Source: Chthoniobacterales bacterium (GTDB lineage: Bacteria > Verrucomicrobiota > Verrucomicrobiia > Chthoniobacterales > Chthoniobacteraceae). From it: 64,000 nt of DNA. Under the pieces are notes generated by a model. The model was not told the origin of the DNA. It saw only the letters and a program-made list of their open reading frames with translations, and ran no database searches. The DNA lies in NCBI GenBank assembly GCA_038207335.1, contig JBBQZX010000010.1:1-64000 (forward strand), written 5' to 3'. Positions 8,399 through 16,032 of the stretch are shown in pieces. The translations under genes were made by a program, and so were the position numbers. Each line of letters opens with the position of its first letter. Positions within the stretch are counted from its first letter, which is position 1.

Positions 8399-8640
8399 TT
8401 CGTTACTTGCAGCTCCGCTCGGCGGGCCACTTGCTCGGGGATTTTGGCGGGAATCGCGAACTGTGCAAGCAGGGCCGACTTCACCGCGACCGGATCAAAG
8501 AGATGCAGCCGCGGATTCGGCTCGATGTAGGGAATCATCCGCCGGGCAACCCACCCATCAATCGTGCGGGGGCTGACGGAGAGAAGAACGGCAAGGTGGC
8601 GTTTGCGGACAAGGTGCGAGGCAGGCGTGGTTTGGCTCAT
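8395..8640 (-). CDS. Excisionase-like winged-HTH DNA-binding protein (81 aa)
   Basis: LVRKRHLAVLLSVSPRTIDGWVARRMIPYI...LFDP MerR/AlpA-type pattern; directly downstream of integrase. Confidence 0.8.
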   Translation of the reverse strand: MSQTTPASHLVRKRHLAVLLSVSPRTIDGWVARRMIPYIEPNPRLHLFDPVAVKSALLAQFAIPAKIPEQVARRAELQVTK

Positions 8641-8665
8641 GCTCGCGCGTCACGTCAATTTTTTG
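8638..8665 (-). promoter_or_regulatory. Element-specific motif copy 4: CAAAAAATTGACG-N12-ATG
   Basis: TTGACG 8658-8653, 12 nt before ATG 8640; shares CAAAAAATTGAC exactly with the copy upstream of the integrase; includes the integrase stop codon. Confidence 0.5.
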
Positions 8666-9860
8666 GCGAAGGAAGGATGGCGAACCATTCCTTCGCTGCG
8701 TCAGGCGTAACCAGCTCGCGGTAGTGTCGAAACAGCTTGTCGGGCGAGTTGCCCATCTCCAGCGCGACCTTCGCGGCGTCCGGCGTGTCTGCGAGCCGGT
8801 AGCTGGCGTAGCTGTGGCGCAGGGCATTTTGCCGCCAGCCCACGCCGGAATTGTCGCCGAGATAGTTTAGTCGGAATGCGACGTTGGGCACGAAGCAGAC
8901 GTGCCCCTCCGCTTTCTTCAACGGCTCGAGCCACGCGCGCAGATTCGGCAGAAGTGGCACGAGACGGCGGGCCTTGGTCTTTGCCTTCGCCGCTTTGATT
9001 TCGATGTAGCCGCGATCCCATAGAATATCTCGCCAATCGAGCCGCTCGATCTCGGCAGAACGGATGCCGGAGAACGCGCCAATGACGATGTGGGGCAGTA
9101 GATTCACTGGGCACACCGCCAGAATCTTCCCCAATTCCGCAGCCGTGAAGATCGCCGGCGCACTCTCAGTGCCCTGGAAAGTCATGGCACGCTCAGCCGC
9201 GGTCTTGCGTTCCTGATCCAAATAGCCCTGCTGCCTCGCCCACTTGAACGTCGTCACGAGAATGCGCCGGAGACTGTTTTTCGTCGTGTGATTGCCGTGT
9301 GCCTCCCGCAACCATGCATCGATCTGCGTGGTCGTGATGTCCGCGATGGGCTGTTCGCTAAAGGCGAGCTTCATCCGCGTGAGATAGTGCTTCAGGCCGC
9401 GCCGATAGACGAGGCTGACGCCCGCCGCTACCTTGGAGGCGAGGCATTCATCGGCGACCACTCCGAAGGACTTGTTCGGCAGACCGCCGTGATGCGCGTT
9501 GTAGAAGCGCACCGCGTCGAGGATCGAACCGCCGTTCACAGAGGTCTTGGCGTCAGACCATTCCTCGACCGCACTGGTCAGAGTAAGACCGAATCGCTTC
9601 GTCCGTGCCTCGCACGCGCGGAATAGCTCGATGTCGCGCTGCGCTACCGGATCGGCGGACGGCAGTTCGTGCCGACACGAACTGTGAACCTGCTGAGCAA
9701 AGAGCTTTGCCGCATCGACGCTGGCGAAGGTCTTCGTCTTGCGTCGGCCAAGTTCGTACCAGGCGCACTGGAAGGAAGGGTAGCCGTCCTTCCTGCGGAG
9801 CGTGTAGATCTTGATTTCGGCATCGGCGCTGCCCACGGTGATGATTGATCTGCGTCGCAT
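8655..9860 (-). CDS. Tyrosine recombinase / phage integrase (401 aa)
   Basis: GIRSAEI (catalytic R), KAKTK, NALRHSYASY, EMGNS, FRHY (catalytic Y); likely start ATG 9860 (MRRRSIITVG). Confidence 0.95.
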   Translation of the reverse strand: MRRRSIITVGSADAEIKIYTLRRKDGYPSFQCAWYELGRRKTKTFASVDAAKLFAQQVHSSCRHELPSADPVAQRDIELFRACEARTKRFGLTLTSAVEEWSDAKTSVNGGSILDAVRFYNAHHGGLPNKSFGVVADECLASKVAAGVSLVYRRGLKHYLTRMKLAFSEQPIADITTTQIDAWLREAHGNHTTKNSLRRILVTTFKWARQQGYLDQERKTAAERAMTFQGTESAPAIFTAAELGKILAVCPVNLLPHIVIGAFSGIRSAEIERLDWRDILWDRGYIEIKAAKAKTKARRLVPLLPNLRAWLEPLKKAEGHVCFVPNVAFRLNYLGDNSGVGWRQNALRHSYASYRLADTPDAAKVALEMGNSPDKLFRHYRELVTPDAAKEWFAILPSPKN

Positions 9861-9894
9861 GGCTTTGTGCCGCGTGCGCGAAGTCAATTTTTTG
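9858..9894 (-). promoter_or_regulatory. Element-specific motif copy 5: CAAAAAATTGACT-T-CGCG-CACG-CGGC-ACAAAGCC-ATG
   Basis: TTGACT 9887-9882 followed by the same N-CGCG-N4-CGGC-R spacer; ATG 8 nt further on. Confidence 0.6.
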
Positions 9895-9913
9895 CATGAA
9901 CTTTTGCATGGAA
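9890..9913. repeat. Tandem 12-bp direct repeat TTTTGCATGAAC / TTTTGCATGGAA, candidate integrase arm-type sites
   Basis: Read directly; lies between the integrase start and the presumed att boundary. Confidence 0.55.
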
Positions 9914-10110
9914 TCTCCGTCCCAGTCGGTGCGCCGCTTGCGGAAGCGTCGTGAATTGAACTACTTGCGGATTCTACCAAAAACCCCGCTGCAGCGAACG
10001 GCTCCGTGCGTCACGGGAGCTGCTTCCACCGCCACCTTTCCACCCGCCATGCAACTCCCGCGCCGCCCTCCGCAGTCGTGGAGCTGGGGTCGTGAGGCGG
10101 CATTAGGCTG

Positions 10111-10386
10111 ATGACCCACTTTGATCCAGGGGACCAGAAGACGCCGCGAGGGCCCGGCGCTGCGCCCAACGCTTCCCCCCGGGTGGCCCGGGCCTCTTTC
10201 GCGCTCGCCATCGTCGCACTGGCGGTGGGGACCGTCGGCCTCATGGGCGAACATTGGCGCCCGGGTCTCATCCTCGTGCTCGCCGGGGTGGCTGGGATGA
10301 TGACGAGCGCCCCGCCGATGTTCCGCGCATGGCAGATGCGCAGAGGGATGAGACCGCGGAGGACCGACGAGGACCCTGCCGCCTAA
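10111..10386 (+). CDS. Small two-TM hypothetical membrane protein
   Basis: Two hydrophobic stretches (ASFALAIVALAVGTVGLMG; GLILVLAGVAGMM); fills the gap between element and mpl. Confidence 0.4.
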   Translation: MTHFDPGDQKTPRGPGAAPNASPRVARASFALAIVALAVGTVGLMGEHWRPGLILVLAGVAGMMTSAPPMFRAWQMRRGMRPRRTDEDPAA

Positions 10387-10518
10387 CCGGCGCTGCCGCA
10401 CACGCCTCCAGTATTCTGGTCGCATTCGCTGGGTTGAGCGGTAGTGCAGATGTTTTTTCGCGGAAGGCGCATTGCGCCGGGGGCAGGGCGGGGATAGCGT
10501 CGCGGCCTTTTTTCCGCC

Positions 10519-11904
10519 ATGCACAACGAGATTCGACATGTCCATTTCCTCGGAATCTGCGGGACCGCGATGGGGGCGGTCGCGGCGGCGATGCGCGCGC
10601 AGGGGTGCATCGTGAGCGGGTCGGATGAGAAGGTTTACCCGCCGATGTCCACTTTTCTCGCGGAGAAAGGGATCGAGTTGAGCGCGGGATATTCTCCCGA
10701 AAATCTGCCGCCGGGCGCGGACTTGATCGTGGTGGGGAATGCGATCTCGCGCGGGAATCCGGAGCTGGAGGCGGTGCTGAATCGCAGGCTCGCGTATCTG
10801 TCGCTGCCGGAGGTGCTGAAGCATTTTTTCCTGCGCGGGCGGCACAATCTGGTGGTGACGGGGACGCATGGGAAGACGACGACGACTTCGCTGCTGGCGT
10901 GGATTTTGAAGTGCGCGGGGCTGGACCCGGCTTACATGATCGGGGGGATCGCGCGGAATCTGGGACAGGGCAGTTCGCTGCATGAGTCGCGGCATTTCGT
11001 GATCGAGGGGGACGAATACGACACGGCGTTTTTCGACAAGCGCTCGAAGTTCGTCCACTACCTGCCGGAACTGGTGATCGTGAATAATATCGAGTTCGAC
11101 CACGCGGACATTTTCGACGATCTGGACGCGATTAAGCTGAGCTTCCGCCGGCTGCTGAATATCGTGCCGAGTGAGGGGATGGTTCTGATCAATGGCGACG
11201 ATGCGAACGCGGTGGATGTGGCGCGGGAGTGTCGCGCGGCGCTGGTGGAGGTGGGCTTTTCGGAGAATGCGGGGCGGCATATTCGCGATGTGAGCTACGG
11301 GGCGGGCGGGTCGGCGTTCACGCTGCTGGAGACGCGGTTCGAGCTGCCGATGGGCGGCGAATTCAATGTGCGCAATGCGGCGATGGCGATTTCGGCGGCG
11401 CATTTTTATGGGGTGCCGCTGGCGAAAATCCAGGAGGCGGTGGCGACGTTTGAAGGTGTGGCGCGGCGGCAGGAGGTGCGCGGTGAGGTGCGCGGGATCA
11501 CGGTGATCGATGACTTTGGACATCACCCCACGGCGATCGGGCAGACGCTGCGCGGGATGCGGCATCAGTACGCCGGGCGGCGGCTGTGGGCGCTTTTCGA
11601 GCCGCGCTCGAATACGACGCGGCGAGCGTGTTTTCAGGATTCGCTGCCCGCCGCGCTGTCGGAGGCGGACGGGGTTATCCTGGCGCAGGTGGCGCGGCTG
11701 GATCAGCTCCCGGAGGAGAATCGGCTCGACCCGGAGCGCGTGGTGGCGGACATCGCGGCGACGGGGCGCCCGGCGTTTTACGAGCCGGGTGTGGATGAGA
11801 TCATCGCGCGGCTGCGCACGCTGGCGGAGCCGGGGGATGTGGTGGTGATTTTCAGCAACGGAGGGTTCGGGAATATCCACGAGCGGCTGCTGCGGGAGCT
11901 CTGA
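10519..11904 (+). CDS. mpl: UDP-N-acetylmuramate:tripeptide ligase (murein peptide ligase)
   Basis: HFLGICGTAMG, GSDEKVYPPMS, GTHGKTTT, EGDEYDTAFFDKRSKF, DDFGHHPTAI, FEPRSNT, FSNGGFG. Confidence 0.95.
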   Translation: MHNEIRHVHFLGICGTAMGAVAAAMRAQGCIVSGSDEKVYPPMSTFLAEKGIELSAGYSPENLPPGADLIVVGNAISRGNPELEAVLNRRLAYLSLPEVLKHFFLRGRHNLVVTGTHGKTTTTSLLAWILKCAGLDPAYMIGGIARNLGQGSSLHESRHFVIEGDEYDTAFFDKRSKFVHYLPELVIVNNIEFDHADIFDDLDAIKLSFRRLLNIVPSEGMVLINGDDANAVDVARECRAALVEVGFSENAGRHIRDVSYGAGGSAFTLLETRFELPMGGEFNVRNAAMAISAAHFYGVPLAKIQEAVATFEGVARRQEVRGEVRGITVIDDFGHHPTAIGQTLRGMRHQYAGRRLWALFEPRSNTTRRACFQDSLPAALSEADGVILAQVARLDQLPEENRLDPERVVADIAATGRPAFYEPGVDEIIARLRTLAEPGDVVVIFSNGGFGNIHERLLREL

Positions 11905-11910
11905 AACGGG

Positions 11911-12885
11911 GTGAGCGAGTTCACCCGCGACTACGATTTTCTGCTGCCCGATGAACTCATCGCGCGGCATCCGCTGGCGCGGCGCGACGAGTCGCGGATG
12001 ATGGTGCTGCACAGCGCGGAGGAGCGAATCGAGCATCGGCGGTTTGCGGAGTTTCCGACGTTTCTGAGCGCGGGCGATCTCGTTGTTTTGAACGACACGA
12101 AGGTCATTCCGGCTCGTGTGTTTTCAAACGACGGGCGCATCGAGCTGCTCTTCCTCGAAGCGGTGCGGGAGAACGTGTGGAAGTGCCTCGTGAAGCCGGG
12201 GCGCAAGATGCGAATCGGCGCTCGGGTCGGGGTGCGGGAGGCGACGGGCGAGGTCGTGGAGATTTGCCCGGAGGGCGAAAGGATCATTTCTTTCGACCGC
12301 GCGGTGGACCTCGAAAATGCGGGCGAGATTCCCATCCCGCCTTACTTCCAGCGCGATGTGGAGGCGGCGGATGCGGAGCGTTACCAGACGGTTTTTGCGC
12401 GGGAGTCGGGCGCGGTCGCGGCGCCGACTGCGGGGCTGCACTTCACGCCGGAGATGCTCGCGGAGCTGCCCCACGCGTTCCTCACGCTGCATGTCGGGGT
12501 GGGGACTTTTCGCTCGGTTTTAAGCGACACGCTGGCGGGGCATCGGATGCACTCGGAGCGGTTTCGGATCACGGCGGAGGCGGCGGAAAAGATCAACGGC
12601 GCGGCGCGGATTTTCGCGGTCGGGACGACGACCACGCGCGTGCTGGAGTCGCAGGGGCTGCCGCTGCTCGCGGGGAATGGGAGCACGGATATTTTCATCC
12701 ACCCCGGCTCGAGCTTCCGTGCGATCCACGCGCTGCTCACGAACTTCCACCTCCCGCAATCGACCCTCCTTATGCTCGTCAGCGCGCTCGCCGGGCGGGA
12801 ATTCGTCCTCCGCGCCTACGCCGAAGCGATCCGCGAGCGCTACCGTTTCTACAGCTACGGCGACTGCATGTTGGTGCTGCCGTAG
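11911..12885 (+). CDS. queA: S-adenosylmethionine:tRNA ribosyltransferase-isomerase
   Basis: NDTKVIPAR, YQTVFA...GAVAAPTAGLHF, LHVGVGTF, TNFHLPQSTLLML, YRFYSYGD. Confidence 0.97.
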   Translation: MSEFTRDYDFLLPDELIARHPLARRDESRMMVLHSAEERIEHRRFAEFPTFLSAGDLVVLNDTKVIPARVFSNDGRIELLFLEAVRENVWKCLVKPGRKMRIGARVGVREATGEVVEICPEGERIISFDRAVDLENAGEIPIPPYFQRDVEAADAERYQTVFARESGAVAAPTAGLHFTPEMLAELPHAFLTLHVGVGTFRSVLSDTLAGHRMHSERFRITAEAAEKINGAARIFAVGTTTTRVLESQGLPLLAGNGSTDIFIHPGSSFRAIHALLTNFHLPQSTLLMLVSALAGREFVLRAYAEAIRERYRFYSYGDCMLVLP

Positions 12886-12893
12886 CGCAAAAA

Positions 12894-14087
12894 TCACCCG
12901 GCTTCCGGCGGATGGCGCGTGACGGTTTTCAGGCCGAGGACGCTCATGAAGAAGCTCGCGCCGATGACTTGGATCCCGAGCGTGAGGAGTGTCGATGCGG
13001 CGATGACGCGGCGCATATTCTCGACGTAGGAGAGCGCGCCGAAGCCGGCCATTTTCCACAGCCACAGCGACCAGAGGAGCGTCGCGGTGCCGGAGAAAAA
13101 GAGGAGCGCGCCGAGGATGACGCCTTTCTCCAATGTGAAGAATCGGAAGGCGCGGGCGAAGCGCGGATCGGCGGGGAGAAGCTCTTCGCCGATCGCGAAG
13201 ACCTTGGTGAAGCACGCGAGCGCGACCAGCTGCACGCCGATGACCACCGCCATGCACGACATCGCGAGCGTCCCGACGTCGAACTGCACGCCGAAGACCG
13301 TGCGTGTGTCGCAGAAAATCGCGAGCGCGGCGGCGCTGCCGAGCGCGGCGAGGGCGAGGCCGGGCATAAGGAAGAGCCAGCGCGGCGAGTAGATGAGCAT
13401 GAAGCGCAGATGCCGCCAGCCGTCGCGCCACGGCTTGAGATGCGGCGGGCGCGAGCGGCCGTCCTTGTGCAGCGTGATGGGGACTTCGCTGACGCGCATC
13501 CGCAGTTGCGAGGCCTTCATCACCATCTCGGATGCGAATTCCATCCCCGTGGTTTTCGGGCGCATCCGGTCGTAGGCGGCGCGGGTGAATGCGCGGAGGC
13601 CGCAGTGGAAATCGCGGATCGGCGTCTTGAAAAAGAGGCGTCCGAGATTTGAGAGGACAGGGTTTCCCAGCCAGCGGTTTTTGAAGGGCATCGCGCCGGG
13701 CGCGATCGTGCCGCCGCCGCTCGGGAGGCGGCATCCCATCACGAGATCGTCGCCCGCGCGGAGCCTCTCCACGAAGCCCGCGATGCTGGAAAAATCGTAG
13801 CTGTCATCCGCATCGCCCATCATGAGCCAGCGCCCGCGCGCCGCCTCGATGCCACCCCGCAGCGCGCTGCCGTAGCCCTTTTCCACGACGTGCACGACCC
13901 GCGCGCCGTGCTCCACCGCGATCGCAATGGAGCCGTCGGTCGAGCCATTGTCGGGCACGATCACTTCGCCAGAGACACCCGCGCGCTCGAAGCCGAGCCG
14001 CGCCTTTCCGATGCAGACCGCGAGCGTCTCGGCCTCATTCAAACAGGGGATGACAATGCTGAGATCGGGTGGACCTGGGTCGCTCAT
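12894..14087 (-). CDS. GT2 polyprenol-phosphate glycosyltransferase-like protein with C-terminal TM helices
   Basis: SIVIPCLNEAE, DNGSTDGS, GYGSAL, MGDADDSYDF, DFHCGLR, GMEFASEM, DGWRHLRF; hydrophobic C-terminus. Confidence 0.9.
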   Translation of the reverse strand: MSDPGPPDLSIVIPCLNEAETLAVCIGKARLGFERAGVSGEVIVPDNGSTDGSIAIAVEHGARVVHVVEKGYGSALRGGIEAARGRWLMMGDADDSYDFSSIAGFVERLRAGDDLVMGCRLPSGGGTIAPGAMPFKNRWLGNPVLSNLGRLFFKTPIRDFHCGLRAFTRAAYDRMRPKTTGMEFASEMVMKASQLRMRVSEVPITLHKDGRSRPPHLKPWRDGWRHLRFMLIYSPRWLFLMPGLALAALGSAAALAIFCDTRTVFGVQFDVGTLAMSCMAVVIGVQLVALACFTKVFAIGEELLPADPRFARAFRFFTLEKGVILGALLFFSGTATLLWSLWLWKMAGFGALSYVENMRRVIAASTLLTLGIQVIGASFFMSVLGLKTVTRHPPEAG

Positions 14088-14168
14088 ATTTCAAAAGGGC
14101 GCGTGGAAAGCGCGCATTGTCTGAACTTTCATTGCCCGTGGCAAATGACGGTCTGCTCATCCTGAAAA

Positions 14169-15029
14169 TCACCCGCCTCCCCTGCGCATCGCGGCGAAGA
14201 CTGCCGCCAGGATCAGCACGCCGCCGAGCTGCGTGCGCGGGCCGGGGATTTCGTGCAGCAGGAGGAACGCGAACACGATCCCGTAGATCGGCTCCATCGC
14301 GTTCACGATGCTCGCCACGTGCGCCCGGATGTGTCGCAGGCTCGCGATGAAGAGCGTCTGCGGCAGTGCCGTGCACACGATGCCGAGCACCGCGAGCAGC
14401 GCGGCGTCCTTGAGCGATGGCGTGCCCCGGCCTACCAGCAGCGCGGGGGAGGCGAAAAGCGCGGCCCAGGCGAGCTGGTGGAATGTCACCGCGAGCGGCG
14501 GGCAGCGGCGGACTTGAAGGCGCGTCACCAGCACCAGCAGCGCGCACGTCAGCCCGGCCACGAGCCCCCACGCGATGCCGCGCGTCACGTCATTCTGGAG
14601 GTCGAATGCCGGCGTCATGACTGCCAGCCCCACCATCACCAGCACCGCCGGGATCAGGTCGGCGGAGTGCCATTTCTCGCGGAAGACCAACGGCTCCAGC
14701 AGCGTCACGAAGAGCGGGTAGCTGGAAAACGCCAGCAGCCCGACGCCCACGCTCGAGAGCTGGATGGCGTGGTAAAATGCGAACCAGTGCAGCGCCAGCA
14801 CCGCTCCCGAAGCCGCCAGCAGCCACCGGTCCCGCGCCTCCTTCACGCGCACCGTCTTCCCCGTCACGGCGGCGGCGAGCAGGAGCGCGGGCAGCGCCAG
14901 CACCGTGCGCCCGGCCACGATCGTCAGCGCGTCGGCGGCGATCCACTTTCCGAAAAGCCCCGTGAACCCAAACAGCACCGTCGCCGCGTGGAGCTGGATG
15001 AGTGGGATGCGGCGGTTCAAGCGCCCCAC
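14169..15029 (-). CDS. DMT/EamA family transporter
   Basis: About 10 TM segments in two repeats; HWFAFYHAI, P.FVTLLEP, MEPIYGI...LLHE. Confidence 0.9.
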   Translation of the reverse strand: MGRLNRRIPLIQLHAATVLFGFTGLFGKWIAADALTIVAGRTVLALPALLLAAAVTGKTVRVKEARDRWLLAASGAVLALHWFAFYHAIQLSSVGVGLLAFSSYPLFVTLLEPLVFREKWHSADLIPAVLVMVGLAVMTPAFDLQNDVTRGIAWGLVAGLTCALLVLVTRLQVRRCPPLAVTFHQLAWAALFASPALLVGRGTPSLKDAALLAVLGIVCTALPQTLFIASLRHIRAHVASIVNAMEPIYGIVFAFLLLHEIPGPRTQLGGVLILAAVFAAMRRGGG

Positions 15030-15071
15030 TCAATGCCGCCCCGGCCCCGCCGGCAATACCCGCGGCGACCT

Positions 15072-15560
15072 TCAGCGCCCGTCCGTCCCACGGCGCAGCC
15101 AGCGCGCGATCAGCCAGTCGAGGGAAAACACCCCCGGGCCGAAGACGAACACGATCAGCGCAGCGAGGAAAAACAGAAACGGCGCGGCTGACGTGAACGC
15201 GTCCGGGTCCTGGAAGATCCCATTCAGCGCCTCCCGTTCCGCCGTCAGGTAGGCCACGATCATCGTGAACATCAGCGGCACCGACACCAGCCTCGACCCC
15301 AGCCCCACCAGCAGCAGCAGCCCGCCCACGCACTCCGTCGTCCCCGCCATCGCGGCATTCAGCTTGGGAAAAGGCAGCCCCAGCGTGGTGAAGTAGCCCG
15401 CCACCTTCTCGAGATCGCCCAGCTTCCCCTTGCCCGTGTTAAAAAACTGCCAGCCCCAGAAAAGCCGCGCCGCCAGCAGGAACGGCGACTGGAGCTTTTC
15501 GGCGACGGACACGAAGAGGGAGTGAAAGCGCTGTGCGCGCGCGACAAGGGTGGTGCTCAT
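15072..15560 (-). CDS. DoxX family membrane protein
   Basis: LLAARLFWGWQFFNTGKGKL, ECVGGLLLLVGL.SR, FGPGVFSLD; start ATG 15560 (GTG 15566 possible). Confidence 0.9.
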   Translation of the reverse strand: MSTTLVARAQRFHSLFVSVAEKLQSPFLLAARLFWGWQFFNTGKGKLGDLEKVAGYFTTLGLPFPKLNAAMAGTTECVGGLLLLVGLGSRLVSVPLMFTMIVAYLTAEREALNGIFQDPDAFTSAAPFLFFLAALIVFVFGPGVFSLDWLIARWLRRGTDGR

Positions 15561-15670
15561 GCCCACTCAGAGCCGCATCGGTTGAAAATATGCCCGCGCT
15601 ATTGAAAAAAGGAACCGCACCGCTCCTGCGGCGGATCCAAAATCGCGCCGCAGCGACGGGAGCGCAAGGC

Positions 15671-15901
15671 TCAGGGACGTCGGCTCTGTGTTCAGGGACG
15701 TCGGCCCTGGGTTCAGGGACGCCAGCTCTGGGTTCAGGGACGTCAGCTCTGGGTTCAGGGACGCCAGCTCTGGGTTCAGGGACGCCAGCTCTGGGTTCAG
15801 GGACGTCAGCTCTGGGTTCAGGGACACCAGCTCTGGGTTCAGGGACACCAGCTCTGGGTTCAGGGACGGCGTCCCTAAGCTCAGGGACGGCGTCCCTGAA
15901 G
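15671..15901. repeat. Tandem array of eleven 21-bp units (consensus TCAGGGACGCCAGCTCTGGGT)
   Basis: Units start at 15671, 15692, 15713 ... 15881; last two are TCAGGGAC-GGC-GTCCCT(A/G)A palindromes; a degenerate unit precedes at 15650. Confidence 0.97.
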
Positions 15902-16032
15902 TTAGCAATCGCGCCCTTCAACCGAGGGAAAAGGCCGCCCGCTCTCTGTAAAATGCCCGGAAGCTCCGAGACCGCACACCTTCCCTCAACGCCGCACCCG
16001 CGTCCCTTTCAAACGCCTCTGGCAACCCCGGG

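Larger units (their letters stand above)
1..9980. mobile_element. Right end of an integrated prophage-like element (left end outside window; right boundary approximate)
   Basis: Tightly coupled + strand genes with phage tail motifs, then a convergent tyrosine integrase + excisionase-like HTH gene; short direct repeats just outside the integrase; housekeeping genes resume at 10519. Confidence 0.85.

Noticed and set aside
8654..9894. Mimivirus-type AAAATTGA early promoter
   Set aside because: The octamer occurs in both minus-strand motif copies, but the context is a bacterial integrase module; A-tract + TTGAC explains it.
9969..9979. Intact tRNA or tmRNA gene next to the integrase
   Set aside because: Only an ...CTACCA-like end is present; no T-loop (GTTCRA) or cloverleaf upstream. 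Kept only as a possible att remnant.
9861..9980. N-terminal extension of the integrase to 9980
   Set aside because: The region holds the regulatory motif and direct repeats; ATG 9860 gives a typical about 400-aa integrase.
9961..12036. Long antisense/alternate-frame ORFs (e.g. 9961-12036 minus, 54063-55796 plus, 59899-61416 plus, 36389-37981 minus)
   Set aside because: Shadow ORFs of well-supported genes in high-GC DNA; Arg/Pro-rich with no family motifs.
15671..15901. CRISPR array
   Set aside because: Units are contiguous 21-mers with no unique spacers; no cas genes in the window.
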